Assembly: GCA_043745485.1 (NCBI GenBank)
Contig: JAYTSU010000021.1
Location: forward strand, 2,533-66,532
Direction: 5' to 3'
Origin: Candidatus Saccharimonadota bacterium
GTDB taxonomy: Bacteria; Patescibacteriota; Saccharimonadia; Saccharimonadales; JACDBH01
DNA length: 64,000 bases
Under the pieces are notes generated by a model that saw only the letters and a list, made by a program, of their open reading frames with translations, ran no database searches and had not been told where the DNA came from. Each line of letters opens with the position of its first letter. The stretch's first letter is position 1. The translations under genes were made by a program, and so were the position numbers. Positions 49,138 to 57,526 of the stretch are shown here, piece after piece.

Positions 49138-49179
49138 AATTATAATTATAAATCCTTTTAGTATAAGTGTTATAAATTG

Positions 49180-49751
49180 GCTTAAAATGAAGAGCCTCCA
49201 GAGGGGGTGGGCACCGCTGGAGGCTCATTACACCCTTCAACCCACCTTGAAGGCCTCCCCACACCATATCTGCGGTCAAGTACTCTCGTAAATGTACTTC
49301 ACGTTGCGCAGATATGGTGTGGGGCCCACTCGAGGTATAACCGTCGTATCACTCTTAGCCTCAAAAAAACGAGGGAGGAACGCGGGGTTAAAGGGGTTAG
49401 TCCGTCCTAGAACGCTTGCAACTCCCAGAGTCCGGCAAAATCTCGCAGCTGATAGCTAGAACATAAGCAGCGGTTGTGATTTTCTAAAGATTTTATTGGG
49501 ACAACAACTTACCCGTGGGATAAGTTTTGGCTCAAAAAATCTTTAGAAAGTGACCGACCTTATGTTTTAGCCAGCTGAGGGGTTTTGCTGGACTCTTGGG
49601 GATGCGTAGCTAGATAAGTGGAGGGTAACAACTTATAAAGCACGTTCTAAAACAGCTAACGAATTTATCTGATGTTACTCAGATAAACGTTAAATAGGGG
49701 TATAAGGTACCTGAAATCTCATAAAGAGACTCACGGATTGCCATTTTAGCA
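49180..49751 (+). ncRNA. Candidate large structured ncRNA (possibly an expanded RNase P RNA); strand and identity unproven
   Basis: The 665-bp gap has no credible ORF and holds nested helices. These are 49192-49201/49217-49226, 49234-49240/49247-49253, an 18-bp perfect stem at 49257-49274/49307-49324, and a 178-nt rod at 49424-49601. Further helices are 49614-49619/49631-49636 and 49664-49672/49679-49687, plus long-range 49408-49414/49643-49649. The rod has at least 5 G:U pairs if read on the plus strand, which would be A:C on the minus strand. Motifs reminiscent of RNase P conserved regions occur in the right order. Confidence 0.35.
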
Positions 49752-49802
49752 AACTTATGACATTATGTCAATACTTAAATACATTAGGAGGGTATTGTCA
49801 AT

Positions 49803-50651
49803 ATGCTAACGCTTACATCACCAGATATACCGCATGACCTTTTGCAGCTTGCTAGTCCCGTTGAGAAGCTACACATTATAGGTAATAATTTTGATGATCT
49901 TATGAAACGTCCGCGCTTGGCTATTGTTGGTAGCCGTAAGATTACCCCATACGGCAGGGGTGTTACCCAGAGCCTCGCGAGTGAGCTTGCAAGTAAAGGT
50001 GTTGTGATTGTGAGCGGTCTTGCACTTGGCACCGACTCCATCGGGCACAAAGCGTGTATTGATGCGGGTGGCCAAACAATAGCCGTGCTACCTTCGGGAC
50101 CGAAAAAGGTCTACCCCAGTATCCATACCAACCTAGCACGTCAAATTGTCCAAACAGGAGGCGTCGTCGTCACAGAGTATGACGGCACCTACCAGCCACA
50201 TGCCTACGACTTCCTCAAGCGCAATCGTATAGTAGCTGCTCTGAGCGATGGTGTGTTGGTAACTGAGGCTGCGGCACGCAGTGGTACCCTTAATACTGCC
50301 AGCCACGCCCTTGAGCTCGGCAAGCCAGTGTTTGCAGTGCCAGGTAATATTACCAACCCTTTAAGCGCCGGCTGCAACAACCTCATTAAAGCTGGTGCCA
50401 TCCCCGTAACCTGTGTCGAGGACATTTTAATAGCTTTAGAATGGCAAGACCTCAGTGCTGAGCCAAAGGTGGTTTTGGGTGCAACTGATGAAGAAACTGC
50501 CATACTATCACTTTTAGAACAAGGAATAAGCGACGGAGCGGAACTACTTGCAAAAACCGAACTTGAAGCCAGTCGTTTTAACCAAGCACTCACTATGCTT
50601 GAAATAACCGGCAAGATTCGCCCCCTCGGCGCCAATCACTGGTCTTTATAA
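49803..50651 (+). CDS. dprA: DNA-processing protein DprA (Smf)
   Basis: It has LAIVGSRKITPYG...VIVSGLALGTDSIGHKACIDAGG.TIAVLPSG. AGGAGGG lies 7 nt upstream of the ATG. Confidence 0.85.
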   Translation: MLTLTSPDIPHDLLQLASPVEKLHIIGNNFDDLMKRPRLAIVGSRKITPYGRGVTQSLASELASKGVVIVSGLALGTDSIGHKACIDAGGQTIAVLPSGPKKVYPSIHTNLARQIVQTGGVVVTEYDGTYQPHAYDFLKRNRIVAALSDGVLVTEAAARSGTLNTASHALELGKPVFAVPGNITNPLSAGCNNLIKAGAIPVTCVEDILIALEWQDLSAEPKVVLGATDEETAILSLLEQGISDGAELLAKTELEASRFNQALTMLEITGKIRPLGANHWSL

Positions 50652-50669
50652 AGTGCTACACTACACCGT

Positions 50670-50846
50670 ATGAAAACGCTTATATTTATTGGCATTACGG
50701 TAGGTGGCATCATTGGTGGCTTGCTAGGAACTAAGCTTGACAAAGGTAATGCGCTTGGTGCCTGGAGCCTGTTACTCGGCGGACTTGTCGGGCCCCTTTT
50801 TGGACTGTGGGCTGGCTATAAAGCTGGCAAATTCATGAGTGAGTAG
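50670..50846 (+). CDS. Small glycine-zipper membrane protein (58 aa, below the ORF-track cutoff)
   Basis: My translation is MKTLIFIGITVGGIIGGLLGTKLDKGNALGAWSLLLGGLVGPLFGLWAGYKAGKFMSE*. It has two Gly-rich hydrophobic helices. Confidence 0.4.
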   Translation: MKTLIFIGITVGGIIGGLLGTKLDKGNALGAWSLLLGGLVGPLFGLWAGYKAGKFMSE

Positions 50847-50977
50847 GATACCTTACAATAGTAATAGCCAAATTTGCATTCGAAATAGAATTAAGGTAGG
50901 GTACATCTTTGTCGGCTAATAATTTATTATGGCAAGGACATTACATATTATTTTGATAGACTAGAGAAACAATAAGC

Positions 50978-53266
50978 ATGAGCAAAAATTTAGTAATTGT
51001 AGAGAGCCCCGCAAAAGCCAAGACTATAGAAAAGTACTTGGGCAAAGATTATATCGTCAAAAGCAGCTTTGGCCACATTCGTGATTTGCCAAAAAAGGGC
51101 CTCAGCATTGATAAGGCTAATGACTTTGAACCTACTTATGAAGTCAGCCCGGAAAAAAAGAAAGTTGTTGCAGAGCTCAAGAAACTAGCCAAGGGGGCAG
51201 AAGTCTGGCTCGCAACTGATGAAGACCGCGAAGGAGAGGCCATTGCCTGGCACCTCGCCATGGCGCTTGGGTTGGACATCAAGAAAACAAAACGTATTGT
51301 CTTCCATGAAATCACCAAGCCCGCAATCCTGGCGGCCATCCAAAACCCACGACTAGTTGACCTGCACCTGGTGGATGCCCAGCAGGCTCGCCGCGTACTT
51401 GACCGGCTTGTGGGCTATGAACTTTCACCAGTTCTCTGGAAAAAAGTCCGTGCAGGCCTAAGTGCAGGCAGAGTCCAATCTGTTGCGGTACGCCTGATTG
51501 TCGAACGTGAGCGCGCCATTGCCGCCCATATGGCAGAGAGCTCTTATAAAATTATAGGGGAGTTTTTAAGCAGCAACGACAGTTTTAGTGCGGAGCTTAA
51601 CAATAAGCCAAGTACTCTTGAAGAAGCCACAAAATTCCTGAGCGACTGTATTGGTGCAAGCTACACCGTTAAAAGCGTTACCAAAAAGCCAGGGAGCCGC
51701 AATCCGGGGGCGCCGTTCACCACCTCTACACTCCAGCAAGAAGCCGCTCGCCGCCTTGGTTTTACCGTTCGCCAGACCATGTCGGTCGCTCAGCGTTTAT
51801 ACGAAAGCGGAAAAATTACCTATATGCGTACTGACAGCACCATTCTGTCTGGCCTTGCCATCAATGCCGCCCAAAGCTACATTAAGAAAGAATTTGGTGA
51901 TAAATATCACACTCTCAGACAATTTAAGACAAAAGACTCCAGTGCTCAAGAAGCCCATGAGGCTATCCGTCCCACCGACTTTACTACTGAGGTTGCAGGG
52001 GAAGACGACCAACAAAAGAAGCTCTATAAACTTATTTGGCAGCGGGCGCTCAGCAGCCAAATGTCGCCAGCTGTCACTGATAAAACAGATGTAAACATCG
52101 TTATTTCAAGCCGCCCAGAAATATTTGTGGCAAAGGGCGAGATTTTAGTCTTTGATGGCTTCTTGCGTGTCTACGGTGGGGGTAAGGATGACAGCCTCCT
52201 TCCGGATCTAAAAGAGAGTCAAAGCCTTCAAAACGAGCGTATTACCGCCACAGAGACATTTAGCAGAGCACCTGCTCGTTATTCTGAGGCTTCACTTGTT
52301 AAAGCCTTGGAAGAGATGGGTATTGGCCGCCCGAGCACCTATGCACCGACCATCTCAACCGTTCAGGACAGGGGTTATGTTGAGAAGCAAGATCTTGAAG
52401 GTAATGAGCGCGAAGTACGCAGCGCCGTACTGAGCGGTACCGAAATCAAGCAAGACACTATAAAGGAACGCTTTGGGGCAGACCGCGGCAAACTGATGCC
52501 GACGGCCGTGGCAGAAGTTACTACCGACTTCTTAACCAAGTACTTTGGTCCGATTGTAGACTATGACTTTACTGTCAAAGCTGAAAAAGAATTTGACGAT
52601 ATCGCCGATGGTAAAACCGCCTGGAATAAGATGATAAGTGAGTTCTATAACACTGATTTTAAACCACTCATTAAAGCTTCTGCCGATGTATCACGTGCCG
52701 AAACGTCACAGTCACGCACGTTAGGTATAGACCCAAAAAGTAATAAACCCATCGTTGTCCGCTTTGGACGCTATGGCCCAATGCTGCAAAAAGGTGAGAC
52801 AACTGACGACGAGAAGCCGGCATTTGCACCATTACCCAAAGAAACCACAATGGATACTGTCACCTTAGAACAAGCGCTTCCGATGTTTGACCTACCTAAA
52901 ACCATCGGCGCACTAGAAGATGGCCGCCCAATCCTTGGCAACATCGGCCGCTTTGGACCTTATATTCAAGTCGACAAAACGTTTGTATCGCTCAAAGAAC
53001 ACGACCCTTTGACCATCACCGAAGATGAAGCTCGTGTTTTATATGCCGAAAAGCTGGTTCAGATAGCCGAACGCAACATCGCAGATTTTGGTAAGCTCAA
53101 GATCCTAAAGGGCCCTTACGGACCGTATATTACAGACGGCAAGAAGAATGCTCGTATCGCTAAAGATGTTGACCCCACACAGCTAACAGAGGCTGACGCC
53201 AAGAAAATCCTTGATGAAGCACCTGCTAAAAAACGCTTTGTAAAACGCCGCACTGCTAAGAAATAG
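50978..53266 (+). CDS. topA: DNA topoisomerase I
   Basis: It has a TOPRIM N-terminus (LVIVESPAKAKTIEKYLG), the active-site region ITYMRTDS and repeated C-terminal GRFGPY/GPYGPY motifs. Confidence 0.95.
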   Translation: MSKNLVIVESPAKAKTIEKYLGKDYIVKSSFGHIRDLPKKGLSIDKANDFEPTYEVSPEKKKVVAELKKLAKGAEVWLATDEDREGEAIAWHLAMALGLDIKKTKRIVFHEITKPAILAAIQNPRLVDLHLVDAQQARRVLDRLVGYELSPVLWKKVRAGLSAGRVQSVAVRLIVERERAIAAHMAESSYKIIGEFLSSNDSFSAELNNKPSTLEEATKFLSDCIGASYTVKSVTKKPGSRNPGAPFTTSTLQQEAARRLGFTVRQTMSVAQRLYESGKITYMRTDSTILSGLAINAAQSYIKKEFGDKYHTLRQFKTKDSSAQEAHEAIRPTDFTTEVAGEDDQQKKLYKLIWQRALSSQMSPAVTDKTDVNIVISSRPEIFVAKGEILVFDGFLRVYGGGKDDSLLPDLKESQSLQNERITATETFSRAPARYSEASLVKALEEMGIGRPSTYAPTISTVQDRGYVEKQDLEGNEREVRSAVLSGTEIKQDTIKERFGADRGKLMPTAVAEVTTDFLTKYFGPIVDYDFTVKAEKEFDDIADGKTAWNKMISEFYNTDFKPLIKASADVSRAETSQSRTLGIDPKSNKPIVVRFGRYGPMLQKGETTDDEKPAFAPLPKETTMDTVTLEQALPMFDLPKTIGALEDGRPILGNIGRFGPYIQVDKTFVSLKEHDPLTITEDEARVLYAEKLVQIAERNIADFGKLKILKGPYGPYITDGKKNARIAKDVDPTQLTEADAKKILDEAPAKKRFVKRRTAKK

Positions 53267-53399
53267 TAAACTTAAGCAATAAAAAGTACTTATCCACAAC
53301 TTTGCCAGAGAAAGGTATATATTTCATGCCAATATTGCCATAAACCGTTTGTGCATAGAGCGCCATTTGATGCTACAATAACTTAGAAGACCATAAGTA

Positions 53400-53428
53400 T
53401 TGACATTTAAAAATTAAACTGTTAAAAT
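53400..53428 (+). promoter_or_regulatory. Near-consensus sigma70-type promoter for the 53487 gene
   Basis: TTGACA (53400-53405), a 17-nt spacer, then TAAAAT (53423-53428), about 58 nt upstream of the ATG. Confidence 0.55.
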
Positions 53429-53486
53429 ATTCATATAAAAGGTGTTTACACCTCTATATTTATAAAGAAAGAGAGATTGAATCACG

Positions 53487-54524
53487 ATGGCAGATACCGC
53501 CCCTACAACCTTTCAAATCGAATCTGTTGTTAAAGATGTTTTAAGCACTATCGAACGTGAACGTGAGCGAGAAATCGTATCACGTCGTTTTGGTCTTTTT
53601 GACCGTCGAGAGACCTTAGAACAGATTGGTGAACTGCTTGGTATAACCCGTGAGCGCGTCCGTCAGCTAGAAAAAGCCGTTGTAACTAAGCTGCAGGGTA
53701 ATGCAGCTAAGGGCGACATGCCGCACATCCTTGCCATGCAAGAAACAATGGTTCAAGAACTCCTTGGTATGGGCAAAGTTGCTCGTGTCAGCGACCTCGG
53801 TGCTAAGCTGTCTAAAGATAATAACAAACTCGACCAAGCTCGTGTTTCTTTCATTGCTATGCTATGTCCAAAACTTGCCGTCATAGATGAAAACGATAAC
53901 TTTTTCCACGCTGTTGGCATTGCTAGCGAACACAGTGAAAAAGTCATAAAAGAGCAGGTTGGCGCAGTGGTGGACGCCATCAAGAAGATTGCTGAACCAA
54001 CAACTCCTGAAGCAATTGCCGCCATTACTAAAGATGAAAACGTTGCCCATGTGAAGGCACTCGCAAGCGTCAGCAAGCTTGTAGCCACACTTAATGGTCG
54101 CTGGGGCCTCACAAAGTGGCCTATGGTCAATCCAAAGAACATTCGAGACAAGATATATGTCATTTTGTTTGAAAGTGGCAAACACATGCACTTCAACGAC
54201 ATCGCATCAAGCATCAAGGATTCAGCCTTCAAGCGTAAAGATGTTACAACCCAGGCTATTCACAATGAACTTATCAAGGATGACCGCTTCGTCCTTATCG
54301 GCCGCGGAATCTATGCCTTGAAAGAATGGGGCTATAAAAAGGGAACTGTCGCCGACATTATCACCGAAGTCCTCAAGAAGGCAAACGAGCCACTCCACCG
54401 CGACGAAATCGTCAAGCGTGTCCTTAAAAACCGCTTCGTCAAAGAAACAACTATCCTCTTGAACCTCCAAGGCAAGCCACAGTTCAAGCGCGTCGCCAAA
54501 GCCACATACAGCCTCGCCGAATAG
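53487..54524 (+). CDS. Sigma-70 region-4-like HTH protein fused to two HARE-HTH-like modules
   Basis: The N-terminus EREIVSRRFGL...TLEQIGELLGITRERVRQLEKAVVTKL is sigma70 region 4-like. The C-terminus ...DDRFVLIGRGIYALKEWGY matches the HARE-HTH signature of the RNA polymerase delta subunit N-terminus. Confidence 0.6.
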   Translation: MADTAPTTFQIESVVKDVLSTIEREREREIVSRRFGLFDRRETLEQIGELLGITRERVRQLEKAVVTKLQGNAAKGDMPHILAMQETMVQELLGMGKVARVSDLGAKLSKDNNKLDQARVSFIAMLCPKLAVIDENDNFFHAVGIASEHSEKVIKEQVGAVVDAIKKIAEPTTPEAIAAITKDENVAHVKALASVSKLVATLNGRWGLTKWPMVNPKNIRDKIYVILFESGKHMHFNDIASSIKDSAFKRKDVTTQAIHNELIKDDRFVLIGRGIYALKEWGYKKGTVADIITEVLKKANEPLHRDEIVKRVLKNRFVKETTILLNLQGKPQFKRVAKATYSLAE

Positions 54525-54538
54525 GAACAGGCTAATTT

Positions 54539-54859
54539 ATGCACAGCAATGAGGAACTACCAGCTGCCCCCATAGTCTTCACGTATGAGGGAGAAGATGC
54601 ACGAGATTTAATGCTTGAAGCGAGTCTCGATGGCTTAAGTCCTGAAGACTACGTAAGAACTGCCACCAGATATCATAGAATATTTAGAGGCATTGTTAGA
54701 GAGATCTCAACTCATTTTCCAGATTGTGACGATACCCTAAGTCTTAGTAACGTTCGAGTTGACGCTATATTTGGCGGTCAAACTAAAAGATTTATAATCG
54801 GCAGCGATGGCATAAACCCCTGGCTACGGGCTGTACAAATTGATATGGAAGATAAATAA
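54539..54859 (+). CDS. Hypothetical protein
   Basis: A 106-aa acidic ORF immediately downstream of the sigma-r4/HARE gene. I recognise no family. Confidence 0.4.
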   Translation: MHSNEELPAAPIVFTYEGEDARDLMLEASLDGLSPEDYVRTATRYHRIFRGIVREISTHFPDCDDTLSLSNVRVDAIFGGQTKRFIIGSDGINPWLRAVQIDMEDK

Positions 54860-55475
54860 ATTCATTTGTATACAAATTACGAACAAGGGTAGTAGTCAAA
54901 TAAAGATAAGCCAGGCCGCCAGATAAGGCGTTTTTTTGAAATTGCACTGTAATAAACAGGGATTATATAAAAATATAAAAACAAACAGGAAAGCAGAACA
55001 GGAAACACTAGCAACGAAAGTTAAACAAGAGTAGCAGTAGGCATAGACTAGACGTCGTACAATGTATATTTTGCGACTAACATATAGTAGAAATAGATGA
55101 TTAGCTATGCCTCTATAGCAGGGGTTAAAACACTACTTATCTCTGTTAAGTACCCACGCACTATATATGCCTTACGTTATTATTACTTAAATCGTTATTC
55201 GCTGGCATTATTAGCATATCTACTTTTACCAGACTGGTAGACGCCGTAAAGCACTTGCTTTTTGTATATTATAGTTTTTTTGTATACTTTTCACGGTCAT
55301 TTCACGCTAAAAATTTTACCGTCACTACCCCTGCCTCACTCCCCTGTTTTGCTATTTGCATTTTGGTAAATATATAGTTTTATATAGTTTTTTAATATAA
55401 TACAATATAAAATGAACATATTACGAACAAGCAGGGGCTAGCAGCGGGGGAGATACAAATAGCCACCTAACCTCC

Positions 55476-56363
55476 TTACTTATAAAACACCTTCTCCTCT
55501 ACACGCACGTCCATATATTCCACCGGCGACGCCCCGCTATCCCGAGCCGCCAAAAAGTCCCCAATCTGAATACGAGCATTCCCTGCACTATCAGTCTTTA
55601 TATAATAAGCCACGTCTTTTAGGCGTACATCTATTTCGTTGCCGCCACTCGGCAGCGTAAAGCTCACTATAGTTATCTTTTTAGCCTTTAGCTGAGCGGA
55701 AATAGAAGTCATAAACGCCACTGCATCAGTAGTGAGCGCTTGATCGCCAACGCGTAGCTCCAGTCCACTTTGATCCTGTACCATGAGTAGTTGGCCTGCT
55801 ACGCTACTAATTAGCTTCTTGGACTCCGTAACGGCTTTACCGGTTGAATCAAGCACAAACGAGTTAGTTCTGGTTGTAAGGATTACCGTAGGAGTTCTAA
55901 CGTGCAAGGTTACTGATGGACGTCGCCCTATAATGGGCAAACCTACTGTCACAACATCGAGTTCCGGAAAATTATTTATTATCGAGTCCTGAACAGCAAC
56001 TGTATTGATAGTTAGTTTATTCTTATTAACTAAGGAACCTTCAAGGACTTTGCCAATTCCTGATTTGTATTCGGTTACTGTCCGATATATTGACGCATCA
56101 CCAACAAATGTAATCCCAGGAACCGTAGAAAGCGTTGTACTATATGCAACGCTTAACAAAATAGCCCCTAGTGCAACCACGGTTGGAACCAGACGAAGTC
56201 TTTTTAATATCGTCTGCTTTTGATCTGTTATATGTCGGGCGCGTACACTGTCTTCACTGCGCGGCATATCATTGCCGTAATAAGTGGGCTTTGGCCGGTT
56301 TTGTGTTTGAGTAACTGGCGACCTCCGTCCTGATACTTTCTTTTTTTTAAACGGTAATGCCAC
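55476..56363 (-). CDS. ftsQ: Cell division protein FtsQ/DivIB-like
   Basis: It has a basic N-terminus, one TM (LVPTVVALGAILLSVAY), then a POTRA-like region. It is the last gene of the dcw cluster and overlaps the murG stop by 1 nt. Confidence 0.7.
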   Translation of the reverse strand: MALPFKKKKVSGRRSPVTQTQNRPKPTYYGNDMPRSEDSVRARHITDQKQTILKRLRLVPTVVALGAILLSVAYSTTLSTVPGITFVGDASIYRTVTEYKSGIGKVLEGSLVNKNKLTINTVAVQDSIINNFPELDVVTVGLPIIGRRPSVTLHVRTPTVILTTRTNSFVLDSTGKAVTESKKLISSVAGQLLMVQDQSGLELRVGDQALTTDAVAFMTSISAQLKAKKITIVSFTLPSGGNEIDVRLKDVAYYIKTDSAGNARIQIGDFLAARDSGASPVEYMDVRVEEKVFYK

Positions 56364-57526
56364 TATTTTGCCCCCACTCCAAACGTCTTGAGCACTAGCT
56401 CCGCTAACTCAGTTGCGGCCTTTGGCTTGCCTATAGACTGCAATGCCACGGCAAGAGCATGACGTTTGCCTGCATTTCGCAACAAGTCATCTATAGCCGC
56501 AAAGAGCCCTTCCCTATCAGCGTGTGAGATGTGTAGCACTAAGTTGTCATCTGCAAGATGCTTGGCGTTTGCGGTCTGGTGATCATCCGCTAATTGCCCA
56601 GGCACTACTATAGTTGCAATTCCCTGCACTGCAAGTTCAGCTACAACAGTAGCAGATGCACGGCTTGCAACCACATCGGCGGCACCTGTGTAACGAAAAA
56701 CGTCAGAAACGAATCCCTTGACGACCACTCTTCTACGTTCGTCTGCCAAAAGCTCTTTGCTATATGCATGCTGCATATCTGTCTCATGGGCTGGACCAAC
56801 AATGTGGAGGATTCCAAGATCATGATGATGCTGCATCAAGCGGCCTGCCACAGCCACAACGTCTTGGTTCAGCTGAGACGCACCCTGGCTCCCCCCTATA
56901 ACTGTAATGACCTGTGAACATTCTAAAAGCCCTACATCTTTTCTGTATTCTGTAATCAGAGTAGGATTTAACATTTTAAAATCAGATGATACGGGTGTAC
57001 CGGTGTAGACCATGCTGCTTTCAGGATAAGCATAAAACTGCGTTGGCATTCCCGTTGCATGTACAGTAGCCCATTTTGAGATAATTCGGTTTGCAAGACC
57101 GGGTGTTGAGTCAGAGTCGTGTGTAATAAAAGGTATGTTAAGGTGTGCCGCAGCGAGCCCAACAGGCACCCCCACGTAACCCCCTTTAATCAAAATTCCG
57201 TCAGGGCGTAATTCTCTTAGCATTTTCCGCGCTTGCGCATACCCCTTAACCACCCGGCCAACGTCTCGAATGTTCCGTGCAAATGTAGGAACATCCATCA
57301 GACGTTCAAGTCGGCTTAATCCAGCATAGCGGCGGTATTTCCCCGCTCTAACTAGCCTCACCTCATCAATAGCAGGCTCATCCTCAAATAAATGCAAAAA
57401 TTTGGCGTCTGTTTCGCAGACACCTACAAGCCTTACGCTCGGGTCGAGGCGCTTAAGCTCACGCGCGACGGCGAGCAGCGGTGTAATATGTCCGCCGCTG
57501 CCCCCGCCCGTTAGTAGGATCGTCAT
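56363..57526 (-). CDS. murG: UDP-N-acetylglucosamine:lipid I N-acetylglucosaminyltransferase
   Basis: It has the N-terminal MTILLTGGGSGGHITPLLA motif and a GT28 architecture. Confidence 0.9.
   Translation of the reverse strand: MTILLTGGGSGGHITPLLAVARELKRLDPSVRLVGVCETDAKFLHLFEDEPAIDEVRLVRAGKYRRYAGLSRLERLMDVPTFARNIRDVGRVVKGYAQARKMLRELRPDGILIKGGYVGVPVGLAAAHLNIPFITHDSDSTPGLANRIISKWATVHATGMPTQFYAYPESSMVYTGTPVSSDFKMLNPTLITEYRKDVGLLECSQVITVIGGSQGASQLNQDVVAVAGRLMQHHHDLGILHIVGPAHETDMQHAYSKELLADERRRVVVKGFVSDVFRYTGAADVVASRASATVVAELAVQGIATIVVPGQLADDHQTANAKHLADDNLVLHISHADREGLFAAIDDLLRNAGKRHALAVALQSIGKPKAATELAELVLKTFGVGAK

Noticed and set aside
49207-49410. 67-aa GTG-initiated ORF inside the structured locus
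   Set aside because: It crosses several perfect long hairpins, has no RBS and has no protein-like features. The region is better explained as RNA.
49424-49601. 6S RNA or SRP RNA as the identity of the 178-nt rod
   Set aside because: Not excluded, but not supported. The internal bubble sits next to a 9-bp apical stem rather than centrally, as in 6S. The GUCCGG...GCAGC similarity to 4.5S domain IV is not at a hairpin apex with a GNRA loop.
49138-49802. tmRNA (ssrA) as the identity of the structured locus
   Set aside because: On neither strand could I find a tRNA-like 3' end (T arm GGTTCGANTCC followed by an acceptor strand and ACCA). I also could not find a GGGG...GGATTCGAC-type 5' end with a partner, or an ...ALAA*-type tag ORF. 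A plus-strand tmRNA starting at GGGGATG (49598) would have to end inside dprA.
53290-53298. Perfect DnaA box TTATCCACA (plus a near-match at about 53352) downstream of topA; possible oriC
   Set aside because: There is only one perfect box and one degenerate box, no box cluster, no adjacent dnaA/dnaN, and the spacer is fully explained by a strong promoter for the next gene.
54917-54937. Rho-independent terminator after the 54539-54859 gene (cgcc-agataa-ggcg followed by TTTTTTT)
   Set aside because: The stem is only 4 bp, which is too weak to call as a feature, although the T-run is suggestive.
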